Source: the human T2T-CHM13v2.0 reference genome, Homo sapiens
Direction: 5' to 3' (one strand)
Assembly (NCBI RefSeq): GCF_009914755.1
Contig: NC_060927.1
DNA: 64,000 nucleotides
Under the pieces are notes generated by a model that searched no databases, had not been told where the DNA came from, and was given only the letters and a program-made list of their open reading frames with translations. Shown piece by piece: positions 43,201 through 59,611 of this stretch. Both the position numbers and the translations under genes were made by a program. The stretch's first letter is position 1, and every line of letters starts with the position of its first letter.

Positions 43201-45129
43201 AGCCATAATTTATCTTTGGGTCAAGATTGTATTTTTCTTTTGGGCAAAACTCTAATGTCCCCTTCCAGTTATCCATAGGTAAATCCAAAATGCCATTCTA
43301 TATTGCAAAAGTTAGGAATAAAGAAAAATTCAACTGTTCTATTATAGGAACTCTTGACTCTTGTGGGCAGAGTGGCATCCCTACACATTTTATGATTTCA
43401 TGTTGATTAAGTAGGGGGAGCAATGAAAGGTAATGGTCCCTTTAGGATGCTTCTGTCTATGGGAAGTAACGTGTTGGCAGTAAGCATCAACATTAAGGAG
43501 GATGGAGATCAGTTGAGAGACTTCCAGTGAAGAGATATGACCAATTGTCTTTAGGAGGAGAAATAATTAATTCCATTTTAAGCTTTCTGTCTCTGACTCC
43601 CCATTTCCCTTTATAATGCCCCAGTCTTCAGTAAAGTATTACTGGACACTGTGGCCTGGACTTTGGAGAGCTGCAGCAGCAGAGATCTGTGGAGCAGCTG
43701 CCTGAATTGACAATGGATATCCAACAACCTACACAGAGTTGTGGAACATGTACATGCAATCATTGAAAACCTTAAAAACACCTGGAGAAGGAGCCCTAAA
43801 AAGACTGGATATGAATGTTGTGCAAGTAGAATGGGAGATTTTGATTATTGTATTTGGGGAGTAATGGGAAGAACATTGTAGACTTGTAACATACTTAATA
43901 AAAGGACAGAAAAATTGATTCACCCCAAAAGTACAAAACAACCATCTCCAAAATTATTCTCATCATTTAATTTCATTTGACAACTTCAGAATGCTTGACG
44001 CAATGCTTCAGTTACAGCAGGCATTTCTACAGTGGAATTTTCTGTACAATTATGAAATTAACAATGCTTCCCTCCCTTAATGAGTTCAAGTTCTGGGTAG
44101 AGGAAACACATCCATACTCAATAGACATTCATGGCCAACTGAAGATCCCAAATTGTCTTAAAATATATAGTTCAGTGGGAAGAAAGAAATGCTTAATTTC
44201 CAAGTATCCTTTAAATTGGAAAATAACATTTTTTTTTTTACTTAAATGAACTATAAGCACTTTGTTCTGAATTCTACAGGAATTGTTTTCTACTAATTAA
44301 TCTTTAATGTATATGTTTAGTGCCTGTGTTCACATTTTTCAGGATGCTTCTGAGAGTCCTAGAGCCCTGTGAATTTATTACTAAGAAATAACCAAAACAG
44401 CCCTCAAAATAGTGGTTTTTATTTTTATTTTAAATCAAATAAAGTGCTCTTTATTAAATGATTTTTAGAATCATTAGTCTCCTTTTTCTTCAAATGTCCA
44501 TGGTATTCATGTTAATTGAACCAGGTCACTCTTTCTCAATGTTTCTAAAAATTTTCCTCTTAGAGATGAGATGCATGTTTTTCTCAAATGATAGTATGAT
44601 TTATACTTACAATTACTCACAGAAAATCTGGCTATAGACTCCATTGCCAGATTGTTTATTAATGAGTAGATTTTGAGAAAAGATATTTTATTACCATTTT
44701 TATGTCTTAGGGACCTCATCATTGAAGCTAAACTTCTAATCTTCCTTACAACATAAAGATAATTTTACTTATTGGAAGCTTATGTAACCTAAAATTTAGA
44801 TTTTGACAACTGTCTTGCAGTTTATAAATATTATAATAAAGAAATCTATACCAGGATGGTTTAAACTCTTTAACTTATAAACAATAACTGTGAGAATTCT
44901 TGGTATGCTCTAGATGACATTCCAGTTGTTCTTTTATGTTTGTAGATGTAAGTCAAGGATCCCTAAGTTATTCTAAAGTCATGCCCATTGTTCTTTGAGT
45001 CTTGGCTTCTGATAATGTCTTGATTTGCTTGAAGTACAGTTGGTTTGTTTATTAACCTCCTTATTGTTAAGATGATTCAATTAAAAATGTCCCAGTCATT
45101 TGACAACTTAATCAAATAACTTCAGACAG

Positions 45130-45460
45130 AGATAACATTATTATGAAAATAACTCAGGGTAATTAAATGTAGAGGGACTGAGTAGCCCCTTCAGATAAAG
45201 TCATCGTGGGAGATCTCTGAATAGAGGACATTTCAGCTGGGATCTAAACGTCAAGCATGAGGTGGTCTCTCAAAGAAAAAATGGAAAGAAAAGCATTCCA
45301 GGAGGAAGGAAGCAGAAATATAAAGGCCATCAGGTAGGAATAAGCTTTGTTTGCTTGAGGAATGACAAGGAGGCCAGTGAGATGACTAAGGTGGGAGAAG
45401 TCGCCAATGCTATATGAAAAGTGGACACGGCCAGATTACACTCAGCCTTGCAAGCTGCGA
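45130..45460 (-). mobile_element. L2 fragment
   Basis: 'gacatttcagctgggatcta', 'agcattccaggaggaaggaagcagaaa', 'ttgaggaatgacaaggaggccagtg'. Confidence 0.8.
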
Positions 45461-45462
45461 GG

Positions 45463-45792
<330 letters not shown>

Positions 45793-48700
45793 TGGAGTTC
45801 TGATTTTATAAGCATGGAATCACATGTCCAAGATATGGTCGAGTGAAAAAACCATGCTTCAAACAGTCTGAATAGAAAGATCCCCTTAATATAAAATTGT
45901 ATATTCATTTCCATATGTGTCTGTAGGCACGGAGATACATTGGGGCATATGTTCAGAGAAATGCTAACATTGGAAACATCTGAGGGCTGAACTTCAGGTG
46001 ACAATTATGTTCCTTTTGTATTTTTCTGTACTGTTTGAATTGTTTACCAAAACAACAAAGCCATATCAAATATGCATACATAAAAAATGAGCCACGGTCC
46101 TCTTTGACTAAGATTTAATGTTAAGACAATATTGACATTATTGTGGCTTCCAGACTCACACAAGATAGAAAAAAAATGGATTTATAAAGAAAAGTTTGTT
46201 GGATTTTATTAATAAATGTAACAGTAAAATAACCTATGCTTTTTGGGGGAGTTTTCAATGATTATGGAAGATACAAAAAGCACCAAAAAACCTAGAGTGC
46301 ACAGAACATGAACAATCAAGAAAATTCCCTTATTATGTACCAAAATAGAATTCCCCACATATGATTGGTATTTCCCTCAACTTCTGGAAAGCAAAAAATG
46401 AATGGGAGGACATTAAGCTGACAGAAGGCAGAAGGTGGAAAAAGGGTAAATAGTATTCACGTTACACATTAATTCAATTACTCATTCCTTTGACAGAGAT
46501 TTTAAAATAATCTAAATAAACAAGGGTTGCGTGCAAGAAGTCTATTTGAATTAGATTCTCATGGATGTAAAAACAAAACACGACCACAAAGGGAAGCAGG
46601 CAGGGCTGAAAGACAGCACAGAGGCTACTAGCTTCATAACAGAATAGTCAGACTTAGGGTTTCCATATTCTACCAAAAAATAAATGAGAAATCTTCTTTT
46701 TGCATCTACTTCTCCCATCAAAACCTTTCCATTGCTTTGTTTTATGTCACCTTGTTTTTACTTGTATATATTCACCTTTTGTTACATCCTCATATTTCTG
46801 TGGTATCTATGGAGTCCTGTTTCAGAGGATTCACTTGAACCAGCTTTGATTTGCATGTAACTACCTATTGCCATAGTTCCATGGAAAACCACTAGGAGAG
46901 TGTTATTATTCCAAAGCTGGATTACTTCCATAAATAATCTAATGAGAGCTTCATTTTTTTCTGCCTATGAAAGCCAGTTGAGTTCCATTCCATTTATGGA
47001 AAAAAGGCTTTTCTATTTCTATTCAATTAAGCAAATGGCTGTCTTTTGGCAAGGAAAGAAGAAAAGCATTAATCATTTCCAGTTCACCATATCAGGATGT
47101 TTACTCACAAAAGACAAAGATTCAATTATATCTTTCTTATTATGACCTCCAGGTATTTTTCTCAATGTGACAGTTCTATAACTCTTCAGAAGAGGTTATT
47201 TATGGATATATCCTACTTAGAAGAATAGAATGTGGGCAATAGCATAAGAACACTTTGGCATCACTTCAGATAACCTGATGCCTGCATTGGTCCATCATGA
47301 CTGGAGGCATTCGTTTGTAATAATAAATAAAGTCTGATGGTAGTCCTTGAGGATGCCAGTTGCTTTTTACCCTTTCCCCAGTCCCCATCCCTCTAAATGT
47401 AGTAGACTGTTGCTAGGATTGGATCTTATCTCTGGCCATATTGAAATCTACCCCCCAACTCTTCAAACTTAGCTCTCTTCTTCTATCATGTAGGATTGCA
47501 CCTGACCTTTTGCCCACCTGGGTTTCATGGGCTTAGACTTCACTATTAATTCTTGCCCGAGTAGCTGCTGGAGTTGGCTTGGCAACCATTGCCAACTGAG
47601 TTCCCTCTTAGGCTCTGTCTCAGCAACAGTGTAAGTAGAACTGAGGCTGGTACCTAGACTATGGTGGGCTGATTCGTAGAGGCTGGTTTGGACTGAATGG
47701 AGAAGAGGTAAAACTGTGAGAAAGAGAGTGAAAAACATGAAAATCCATGAGTCAATATGTGAGTATGAAGAAGACAAAAGCCCATGTTTGTGAAGAGCTA
47801 CACTGCTCACCAGTGACTTTCCACAAATACCTGTCCACCTCAGCATTGAGATGAGATAGAATTTTCTCATCCAATGCTGCAGGTGTTAGCTGAGTATGCC
47901 TTTTTCTTAGCCAGCTCTGACTACTAGTTAAAAATACTAAAAGGGGCTGTGTTATTTGAAATTATTGTTTAGCATTTCTATTTGCAGAGCCTATTTTAAG
48001 GAGGTTAAATCACTTTTTAATTTAACTAGTTAGGCTCCTATTGGATAGTGATGAGGTACCTTGACTACATTCTGGAACTAGGCATAATCTTCAGTAAACT
48101 GATATTAATGTATTTTCTTACTTTTAAATTCTTTTCATAAAAAGTTTCTTTATTTAAACACAAACAATGTAACAAAGCTTTTTTAAAAGAAAATATTTAA
48201 AGTAATATATATACTTTTAAATATAAAATTGTATACCTTTGTCATTAATTCATAACTTCTGGTAAACACAGCTTAATTTAACCTTGGCTTTATTCTTAGA
48301 TTTTGATTGAATGCTTCTTTTATCTTACCCCGGATCATTTCATAAAGTTGTTACATAGACTTCTGGGCTTATGCAAGTTATTTTAAAAGCCATTGTAGTC
48401 GCTCAGAACTGGCATCACACATTAACTTCCAAATAAGGGATTTTTTTTGATCTGTCTTCTTTCATAAGTTTCTGTTGAAATCTTTCCTTTATATAACAGA
48501 AGAACTGAAAAAGGGAGAAAAACATGAAGGTCATTTTATGCTGATAGCACAAAAACTGGGTTTTTATCTAATCATGTGGAAGTGCTTTTCTCTCTGGTGT
48601 TAAATAAATGAGAAATATAAAATTTCCATTGATTTATAATTGAAAGCTGGTAGCTATATATTATTCAAAATTCAAAATATACTACAAGTCGTTGCTTTTT

Positions 48701-48967
48701 TAAAATATTGTTCTTGAAAATGTATTCTCAAGTTGATGGTGTGAATTCAAACAACGCATATGTAAAAATAGAAAAAGAAACAAAAATGCCTAGACTTCCC
48801 ATTTGGTGGTTAGAACATATCCTTGACCTCTACCACAAATGGGTGTGTCTATCCATACATCACTGGGCCGTTTCAAAGAGTTTCCAGATTAGTTGGGAAG
48901 CTTTGTCACTGAATGTAATAAATAAAGCTCATATTTAGAGTTTAGAGTTTTTCTCTTTGCAAATAGC

Positions 48968-49065
48968 AAAAAAAAAAAAAAAAAAAATTAAAAAAATAAA
49001 AATAAAAATATAAATAAAAAAATAAATTAAAAAGAAAAAAAAACACCAAACGAACAACCAAACAA
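48968..49065 (+). repeat. A-rich low-complexity tract with no retroelement body
   Basis: ~100 bp of A-runs, then C9 and T-runs. Confidence 0.9.
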
Positions 49066-49194
49066 CGACCCCCCCCCTCTTTTTTTTATTCACAGGACGA
49101 CAAAATCCTCATGTAAGAATCTCAGGAACATAAACATAAAGCTCTGCTCATAGGGGCATAGCCAGTTGTTCCTATTGCCCTTTTACTGAAGTGC

Positions 49195-50171
<977 letters not shown>

Positions 50172-51667
50172 GTTCCTTGTGTTGAATACCTAGCATACTG
50201 TATCCCTTTATCCAGTTCTAATTTATATATAACCATATACACTTAAAATTATAAAAAATAAATGTTCCAGCTTCTTTTGAGGAGTCCTCTGGATTTCCTT
50301 TTTGTCACACCTCTTAGTTACTAATCACCCTTTTCTCTGCTTTCTTCTCCTTTATCTCCAATCTAGAACCACAGCTGAGAAAAGTTGAGTTGCTTCTCCC
50401 CATAGAACCTAGCACTGACTGCTCTAGTATTCTGCATGGTGGAACCTTTGAGAATATCTGGAGACAGGATGCTTGGCATGAAGGGTTGGGATCACCAAAA
50501 TAGTGGGGTCACTCCAATGGAGTTAATGTCTTATTTCCTTTTCCTGAAAGAAAATAAAAATGTATTTACTTAAAATATTAAAAAGATCATTTATGAGCAT
50601 TTTTCTTATATGGAATCAGTGGATACAATCAAAATAAAATACAATCAAATCAAGAGGTAATGGTAGGCATGTATTATTCTACGAGTGTGCATATTTAATA
50701 AAAATATAAAAAGCAAGCAAACAAAACCCACTCCAAAACTTTAACGTATTTATAGATATTTAATTATTCTTCTCTGTATCATGCTCCTTCTTGTTCCTAT
50801 TATAAATTACAACAAGGCAAATTGTTGGCTTATGTGTCAGGGTATTTTTACTCTTTGTACTGACAATTTGCATTTCTTTTTCAATACTATGGAGAGGAAA
50901 TGAGCTCTTGGTATAGTGTCCCAAGGATATGAACAATTCAGGCTAACATGCAGTAATTTTCCTTTCTGACAAATAATAAATGGAAAAGGAAACTGGAGTT
51001 GTGACTAAATGTAATGCTTGAATAAACATGTCACTCAGTTCAGGGGTCAGCTCTAGTCATAGTCTTAATTATTATTATCAAAATTGAGTTGTGATTATTG
51101 GAGTGGAATTGTTTTAATTTTTATGTCAAGACAGCTAAAACATCACAATCATAGCATCAAATGTCCGTTTGGCAGTTTATGATTATTGTCATTTACCGTA
51201 TAAATGTACTAAATTATTTTTGAATACATAGCCATGGCTTTTGAGATGGCTAAAGGATACTCACTTTATTCTAATGAGAAAAGGAAAGAATGAAAGTAAT
51301 TTATCTACTGATTTCTTTCAAGGTTTACAGAAAGTCAGGGCCAGGTCTTAGTAAGTTCGCTGGAGCTTATGAGGAGCCTGCTTCTTTGCCACAGTAATAA
51401 ATGTTCATTACCTAAAAGCAGAAAGGAAGGCATCTCCTTCTTTATCAGCTTCTTGGTTCCTGGATTTGCTAGCATTAGAGCAGGAAGGAAGCAGCTGCCC
51501 AGATTCTAGTCTGAAGGCGTGCTGGAAAAATAGGTCTTTCTTATTTCTTTAAATGAAAGAGAAAGATTCCCTGGTCAGTAGGCAAAAAATTGTAGCTGCC
51601 TTTAGACTTATTCACACCAGTAAAGAAAATGGTCCACAAATATCTTCCAGTTTGTTCATGTTTACTC

Positions 51668-51706
51668 TGTGCGTGTGTGTGTGTGTGTGTGTGCATGTAT
51701 GTGTAT
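51668..51706. repeat. (TG)n microsatellite
   Basis: Interrupted GT dinucleotide run. Confidence 0.9.
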
Positions 51707-53124
51707 CTGAGTTTATTTTCATATCATAGTCATCAATATATTTTTGGAAAACTAGTCTTGCAAGATGATTTCTGAAAACTCCTCTGGTCTTACAGCATTT
51801 CTCTTCTTGAAGAGTCATAATACCTACTAACATAATAAAGGTACTGGAGAGTCTCAAAGTAAAGAAACACTTGAACTTGATTTGACCCAGAATTTCCCTA
51901 GCTTCATTTGACCATGAAGCACTTTTTCTCATAATGATTAATAATATTTCAGTTCTGTAAACATATTTAAGAAATGCTGAATTAGATGATTTTTCCGAAG
52001 AAATTCGAATGAACATAATACTCTAATGACAGAGGAATGTAAAAATATAGGCACCTGCCAGTTTCAATGTCTCTGCCGGCTTCTTTAAGCTTAGCTTAGT
52101 CAATTCCACTTCCCAAAGCCTAGATCTGCTAAAGTATTATTAGGCCCACAAACCCCGTAAAATTCTTTCTATGCAAGTAGCAGCTGATAAAGGGGCTCGC
52201 TAAGGTTTTTTATTTTTATTTTTTAATCTTAACTAGAGTGTTCCTTTTCCTGTAATACGCTGCCAAGCCAGTTCTGTTAGGCGAGTCAATTAAATTACTT
52301 CCTGTCTCTTCTATCGTCTTCTACCATCTGATACTCAGTGACGTTGGGACCAAAAAATGTAGTTTTTTCTAAAAACATACGCTCATCCCAGGGAAAAAAA
52401 TAGCAATGAAGAAAAAATGTTCCTCAGCTATCTGAGGATTCCAGTCCTTGGTGGTACTTGCAAACAGCAACAAGCTACATTTAACAGCACAGATCCGTTT
52501 GGTGTCTTACATTACTCTGTGAATAGAAATTTGGGCTATTTTCCTCTAAGACAACAGGAAAAGGTCTGAATTTCTTTGACCTTTGCTTGACGGTGAAAAA
52601 AAAAAAAGTAAAGAAAAGCACACAGTTATTAATTAACTTCTGTGAAAGATACTTTATTTGATTAATGGTTCACAGCTAAATTTAAATTAGGGGAGATATG
52701 CTGAATGACTACATGTTTACCCAGATTATTACCAGGTATGCTGCCAGGAATTTTATTAACCTGTAGGCTACTTATGATCTCTCTTCCCTCTACCCACTCC
52801 ACAAACAAACACCAAAGAACTGGTCTACCAGAGTCAGACTGAAATCTTGACTGAGGACACAATGTAAATAACTATTAGTGTGTTTGAAATTAAGACAATG
52901 GATATCTTTTCCAGGTCATGGTGCACACATGGATTTTTAACTTTCTTAACAGAGCACATAACACAACAATGATTTGGAGTTGTCTGGATTAAATCAGATG
53001 GCAAAACCTGGTGATCAACATAATAAAAATTCCCTTTCCCCCTTCTTTGTCATTTCAGACAAAACTCTTGTGTGGATATCAGCTAGAAGAGGGTAACTAC
53101 TGTCTTAAAAGAGTATTTCTTTTA

Positions 53125-53420
53125 AATCTTTTTAGCGTAGAAATGTCATAATACACAGAAGTAGAGAGACTAGTATGATGAGCTTTCATACACTAATCAA
53201 TCTGTTAAAGAGCTAACAACATTTTGCGGATCTTGCTCTCTCTCTTCATTCCTCCTTTTTTTTCTCTTGAGTATTTCAAGCAAATCCCAGAAATCATGTC
53301 ATTTTGCAGCATGCATCTCTAACTGGTGAGCCTTTTCTATTTCATAACAAGCATGCCATTGCTCAATCTGATCATTGAAAATAATTCCTGAATTTTGAGT
53401 CTATATAAATCTCCTCTATT
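53125..53420 (-). mobile_element. L1MC/L1ME 3' fragment
   Basis: 'tacacagaagtagagagactagtatgatgag...gagtatttcaagcaaatcccagaaatcatgtcattt'. Confidence 0.65.
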
Positions 53421-53869
53421 TTCCCCCAACTTTTACCCTGACCCATCTCTTGATCACTTCTAGCCCCTCAAAGACTCTCGTTTCTAGGAATAAGTAGATC
53501 CACGAAGTGGAGGGCATTTTTGCCTTCAATCCAAAGCATCAACTTAAAGTCATCACATCACTTCCAAATTTCCCTAACTCTGAACTCTGCTGCTACTACT
53601 TTAGGGCATAGTTTCAATATCCATGGATTGAAAGCAAGGCCAAGTTATTTTGGTGACAAGCCAGAGATGAAATTCTAGAATGCATTCCACCTAGAGTCTG
53701 CTTCCCAAGCCCTTCAGGAGGCACACAGCAGGAAGTGGACTTAGCTATTGGTTACAAAGCAGGATTTCCTCATAGGGAGTAAAGTGTTTTCTTTTCATAA
53801 ATATAACCTATTTATTTATATTTTCAAGTAATCTATTGCAGCCTTAGTTGTAGTAGGTCACTAGTTCAT

Positions 53870-54175
53870 GCCTTCAATAAACTGTCATTTAGTGCTTACT
53901 GTGTGTGAGGCATTGCACTAGTAAAGAAAGAGGATATAAAACAAAAATCACTGCATAGAAAATAAAGTGCAGTGGGAATTTGGAAACAAGCTGTTTTTTA
54001 CTTGAGTTCATGATGGTCAAAAGGCGCATTTGACTTGGGCCTTAAAAGACTTGTAGAATTTGAACAATTAGAGAGGAAGAAAAGCCATTGTGGGGGGAGG
54101 AAAGAGAGAGCAAGGCACAAAGGTGGCAAAAGTGAAGCGAGCTGAGCAAATAATAAGGAGATCAGTCTGGTGAAA
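53870..54175 (-). mobile_element. L2 fragment
   Basis: 'catttagtgcttactgtgtgtgaggcattg'; 'catttgacttgggccttaaaagacttgtagaattt'. Confidence 0.7.
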
Positions 54176-54892
54176 ATGACACTATCTTCAGGACAAACAT
54201 CGTGGCTTATCGTGACCAGCTGTGCAGTTAGGTGTAGATATTATGTAATCACCCAGTAAGGAGAGATTCCAGTAACTGCTATCAGCCACTGCTGCCAGGA
54301 ACTACTAATCAGGCAGCATGTCTAGAATGTTAAGACGATGATTATTAATCAGTGGCCAACCAAGAAAACTGATGCATGGCAGAGGCATCCAGTCCAATGT
54401 GATATAATAATTAATCCAACTGGATAATATTTTACCTCCGAATCCAATCTAGTGGTTGGGTCAACAGGCAAATACTCTGTTACTATGCATGTGAGAAGAA
54501 AAAGAACTTTTTAGCATTCTCAGGAGGCTTGCGAAGCTCAGGCCCCACTAAGTGAAGCCTCTTTTGCTGTGGGGCTGGATCCTCCTTAGATCTTCATAGA
54601 ACAACCTCACATGCTTTTTTAATTTTCTTTCTAAGGGTCAAGACACTAAAACTATGTTGTTAATACAGATATAGCAAAATCTTCCTGACCCCAACCCCAA
54701 GCTTGTTATTGCTGTCATCCTTCAGCTAAAGAATGGACTCAAATTGGTGGTGACATTACTGATTTAGGTTTGCTCTGCTGTGCTCAACACTGAGATTAAA
54801 TGTTCTGGATCAGAGTATAACTTTATATCAGACTAGTCCATACCTTAGTCCAGGCCATGTGCCTTATGAAGCCTGAGAAAAAGTGTGTTCTC

Positions 54893-55034
54893 ACATGGAC
54901 ACAGGGAGGGGAACATCACACATGGAGGCCTCTCAGGGGGTTGGGGGCAAGGGGAGCGGGGGTATTATGTAACAAACCTGCATGTTCTGCACAGGTATCC
55001 CAGAACTTAAAGAAAAATAAAAAACAAAACAATA
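54893..55034 (+). mobile_element. Very short L1PA7/8-like 3' end
   Basis: 'acatggacacagggaggggaacatcacaca...gtaacaaacctgcatgttctgcac...cagaacttaaag'; TSD aaaaagtgtgttctc/aaaaagtgtgctctc (54878-54892, 55035-55049). Confidence 0.9.
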
Positions 55035-55084
55035 AAAAAGTGTGCTCTCTTATTCTTCAACATGAACTAGAAATGCATTTTTTT

Positions 55085-55325
55085 TTTTTTTTGCTAATAT
55101 CTTATCCTGTGTTTATTATGTGCTAGGCTCTGTGTCTGGTGCAACATAAGCATTAGCTAATTTAATCTTTATAACAACTCTATGATGGAAGTTAATATAA
55201 TTATATCTTCATTTGAAAGTGGAGGAAACTGGGGTTGAGAGAGGATTAGTAATTTATGCCAGGCTACATAGCTAAGTGGCAGGGCTGGTTTTTGAGCCCT
55301 GCTGATTTTTCTGACAGAGCACAAA
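55085..55325 (-). mobile_element. MIR SINE
   Basis: 'ggaggaaactggggttgagagaggattagtaatttatgccaggctacatagctaagtggcag'. Confidence 0.8.
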
Positions 55326-55539
55326 GCAGGGACGGAGGCCTGCATGTTGGGATGGGAAAGCAGGTGGGGAGAGTCCATTGATTCCCTCTGCCTCTGTACC
55401 TCTTCCTGTCTTCCTCATTTCTATTTCATTTCCCAACTCCTCCATCTCCCAGGTCCTTTTGTGTAATTGTTTAGTTCATTTATATAATTAACTGGTTTCC
55501 TCTTTCCTCAGGCCTTGCCTACTAGGAAATTGCAAGGAG

Positions 55540-56000
55540 AGCTAGCAAGTGAATGAATGAATACATACAGCACAATATAATGAATGCCAGATTAGGGTTG
55601 TTTTAGGGGCACAAAGAAATAAACAATGGAAATGTGAGGCCTGGGAAATGATACTTGAGCTCTGTCTTTGAGGAAGAGGTGCAGGCCAGTTGAAGTAGTA
55701 GGAAGGGCTCTCTAGGCAGACCTACTAGTTTTTGTATAGTCCCAAAGTTGGGACAATAGCCTGACACAGCTGGAGGCCTGCTCCTTGTTGGAGATAGCCA
55801 TAGTGAATGCAGAGTGCTTTCTGGCAGTATTGGGAGATGAAGCCAGAGAGTATGGAATGTGCTACATTATGAAGCATTTGCGTGCTCAGTTAAGGAGTTT
55901 GACTGTCAGCCTGAAAGTTATAGGAAATTGCTAAAAGGCTTTAAGTTAGGGAAATGTCTAATTGTGTATTTTAGAAGTAGCATTCTGGCTGTAATCGCCA
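55540..56000 (-). mobile_element. L2 fragment
   Basis: 'ttaaggagtttgact...ggaaattgctaaaaggctttaag...tgtattttagaagtagcattctggctg'. Confidence 0.7.
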
Positions 56001-56540
56001 CTTGCATAGCCAATTTCTATGCCTGGAGAAGGAGACCCTGAGTTTGCACCAAAATCATACACTACTTACCTCAAGAGATTTCAAATACCTCCATCACCCT
56101 GTGATCGTCCCTGTTGGAAGAGTTAAGTCTTTCACCTACTGTCTGATTTCAGAAGTCCTGCTCGGTTGGGTGCAAGGCAGCCTTTGCAAATTGGCCCTTA
56201 AGGAGGGGTTGTTGTGGCAACCACTCTAGCCTGCACACTAGGTGCAGGTTTTACATGGACATTCAGGTCCCTCTTTCTCTCAGCACTCTTCCCACCCACA
56301 TTATCATGCGTCTCTATATTCTGGGCCCTTGCATTACCATAATCATTTTTTAGGTGGTGTTTTCTCTGCTGTCACTCCTGAGGGCCGGGGGGAGTTCAGG
56401 TGAGCAGCTCTGCAGAGGGTAAACTGAGGCAAGTGGGAGGGTAAACTGTGTAGCAGAAGCGGTAAATGGCATCAGATGAGCCACATCTAACAGACATTTA
56501 AGTGTCCTTAGCCAAGATAGACCTGCAGGCAGCTTAGAAC

Positions 56541-57960
<1,420 letters not shown>

Positions 57961-58339
57961 AAATCCTATCTTAATTACCCTATCTCATCTTTCTATAACA
58001 AAAATATTTACTGGAGCTTAAGTTATCTTGTAATTTTCTCTGACTATAAGGCTTTAAATGTAGAAAAAAATTATACACATAATCAAAACACAGACAATTT
58101 GAAACAATCATTAACTTAAAAGGAAAATTTTCTTGATGGGACACCTCTCATGGAATTGGTAGTGGCTTATGTTTTCCTCTGGTTGGTTCACATATCCATA
58201 GATGAACATGACCAATTTCTAGAGTGAATTAGGGTTCAGCTACAGCTGACTCCTATTTTTCATTTTCATAGATGTAAGTATGGATAAACTTTGTTTCTAT
58301 AAAAATAAATGTTAATAGAAAGGATTTTGTTATGGCTGG

Positions 58340-58510
58340 TTTAGAGCAATGGAAACTGTACAGAGCTGAGAGTCATGGCCCCAACTTCTGTTTCAGACAT
58401 AAAAATGACATGTCCTTGGGAACTTGCTAGGTCCTGGATTCCTCCTTTATAAAAATACAGGATAGCCTAGAGGAGTTTTATGCTCTTTATAGCTCCATCA
58501 TTCTATAATA
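58340..58510 (+). mobile_element. MIR3/MIRc-like fragment
   Basis: 'tgtccttgggaac...ttcctcctttataaaaat...agctccatcattctat'. Confidence 0.55.
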
Positions 58511-58589
58511 ATATGAAAAAAGGTAGATTAGAACCACTTGGCCTTATTAGGTAGATAGTATATTTATATATACATATAAATAAAGGAAA

Positions 58590-58975
58590 CTGATATAAAT
58601 ATGAGGTGAACACCTGCCTTTAAGGTGATTGTAACCAAACTGGCTAGCAAATAACATTAATTAAGTAGGGACCAAATCAAGATTGCATATAGTTAAATGT
58701 TAAGTATCATGATACAGACAAGGTAACAGTTACATTAAAGGTTCAAAGATGAGTCAATTAATCGGGGCTAAACTCTGCAGAGGAGACTTCATGGAGAAAG
58801 TGAGATCTAGAGAGGACCTTATGGTTAAACATGAAGGAAAGCAGACATGACAGAAGCCTGGTCTAGAGGGAGCAAGGTGACTGTGTGGATACTTACTGCT
58901 AAGGAGTAGAGGGGCTGAGGTAATAGGCACGGCCCTCAATAATCTGAGGGCCCCGGGATGCAATTAGAGACAATT
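58590..58975 (-). mobile_element. L2 fragment
   Basis: 'cctgcctttaagg', 'cagaggagacttcatggagaaagtgagatctagag'. Confidence 0.55.
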
Positions 58976-58980
58976 TATAA

Positions 58981-59611
58981 CAGATTCTAGTTATTCATGG
59001 CAGTTATGAGGTCACCACGAACACTGAATTAGCAAATACGGAATTTTTGATCCTAGGGGAAATTCAGGGTTAGGTTCCTGTGGGCCTCTGTTCGCATTTT
59101 CTACAACCAAGCAATACATAACTTTGTTTGATATGTGTTTCTGTTTAAAGACACTTTATATATGTTGCCAACTCATTAACATCGAACTCACTACCAACAC
59201 ATTGTAGCTTATGCTTTGACAGGGCTTATCTAATATACGTGTTTTCTCCCTGAGAAATATTCCAGGCTTCTTGCACTTAGGAGCACTATGTAGCACTTGA
59301 GCCCTACAATTGGGTGTCATTTTAAACAGCAAAATTATGAATGAATGGCACAAAAATATGAGACAACATGGCACTAAATAGACCATAGAAGGGACACTTG
59401 TTTAAAGTCTGAGAGCTGAAACAAGAAGGCAGAGTGTTGCCCTGTTCAACCTCAGCTGGGAACATGCACATTGGGTGACTCAAAATTTGTTGCTCTGCGC
59501 ATGCCTATGAGTGACCCTGAAAGCACTTGAGTGTTGATTTTGGGATTACAGAAAAATTTTATCAAGTAGATGAATTCACAAATAGGAAATATGTAATAAT
59601 GCGATCAACTA
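58981..59611 (-). mobile_element. MER82 (TcMar-Tigger)
   Basis: 'gagagctgaaacaagaaggcagagtgttgccctgttcaacctcagctgggaac...gctctgcgcatg...ttgattttgggattaca' matches the recalled MER82 consensus. Confidence 0.85.

Noticed and set aside
43630-43830. Exon-like, moderately GC-rich patch
   Set aside because: The frames I translated resembled no known protein and splice boundaries are unconvincing.
47469-47870. 133-aa minus ORF and an RFX-like motif (gttggcttggcaac)
   Set aside because: No recognisable protein similarity; the motif has two mismatches and no other support.
51612-52016. 134-aa minus ORF
   Set aside because: Runs through a TG microsatellite (THTHT); no domain.
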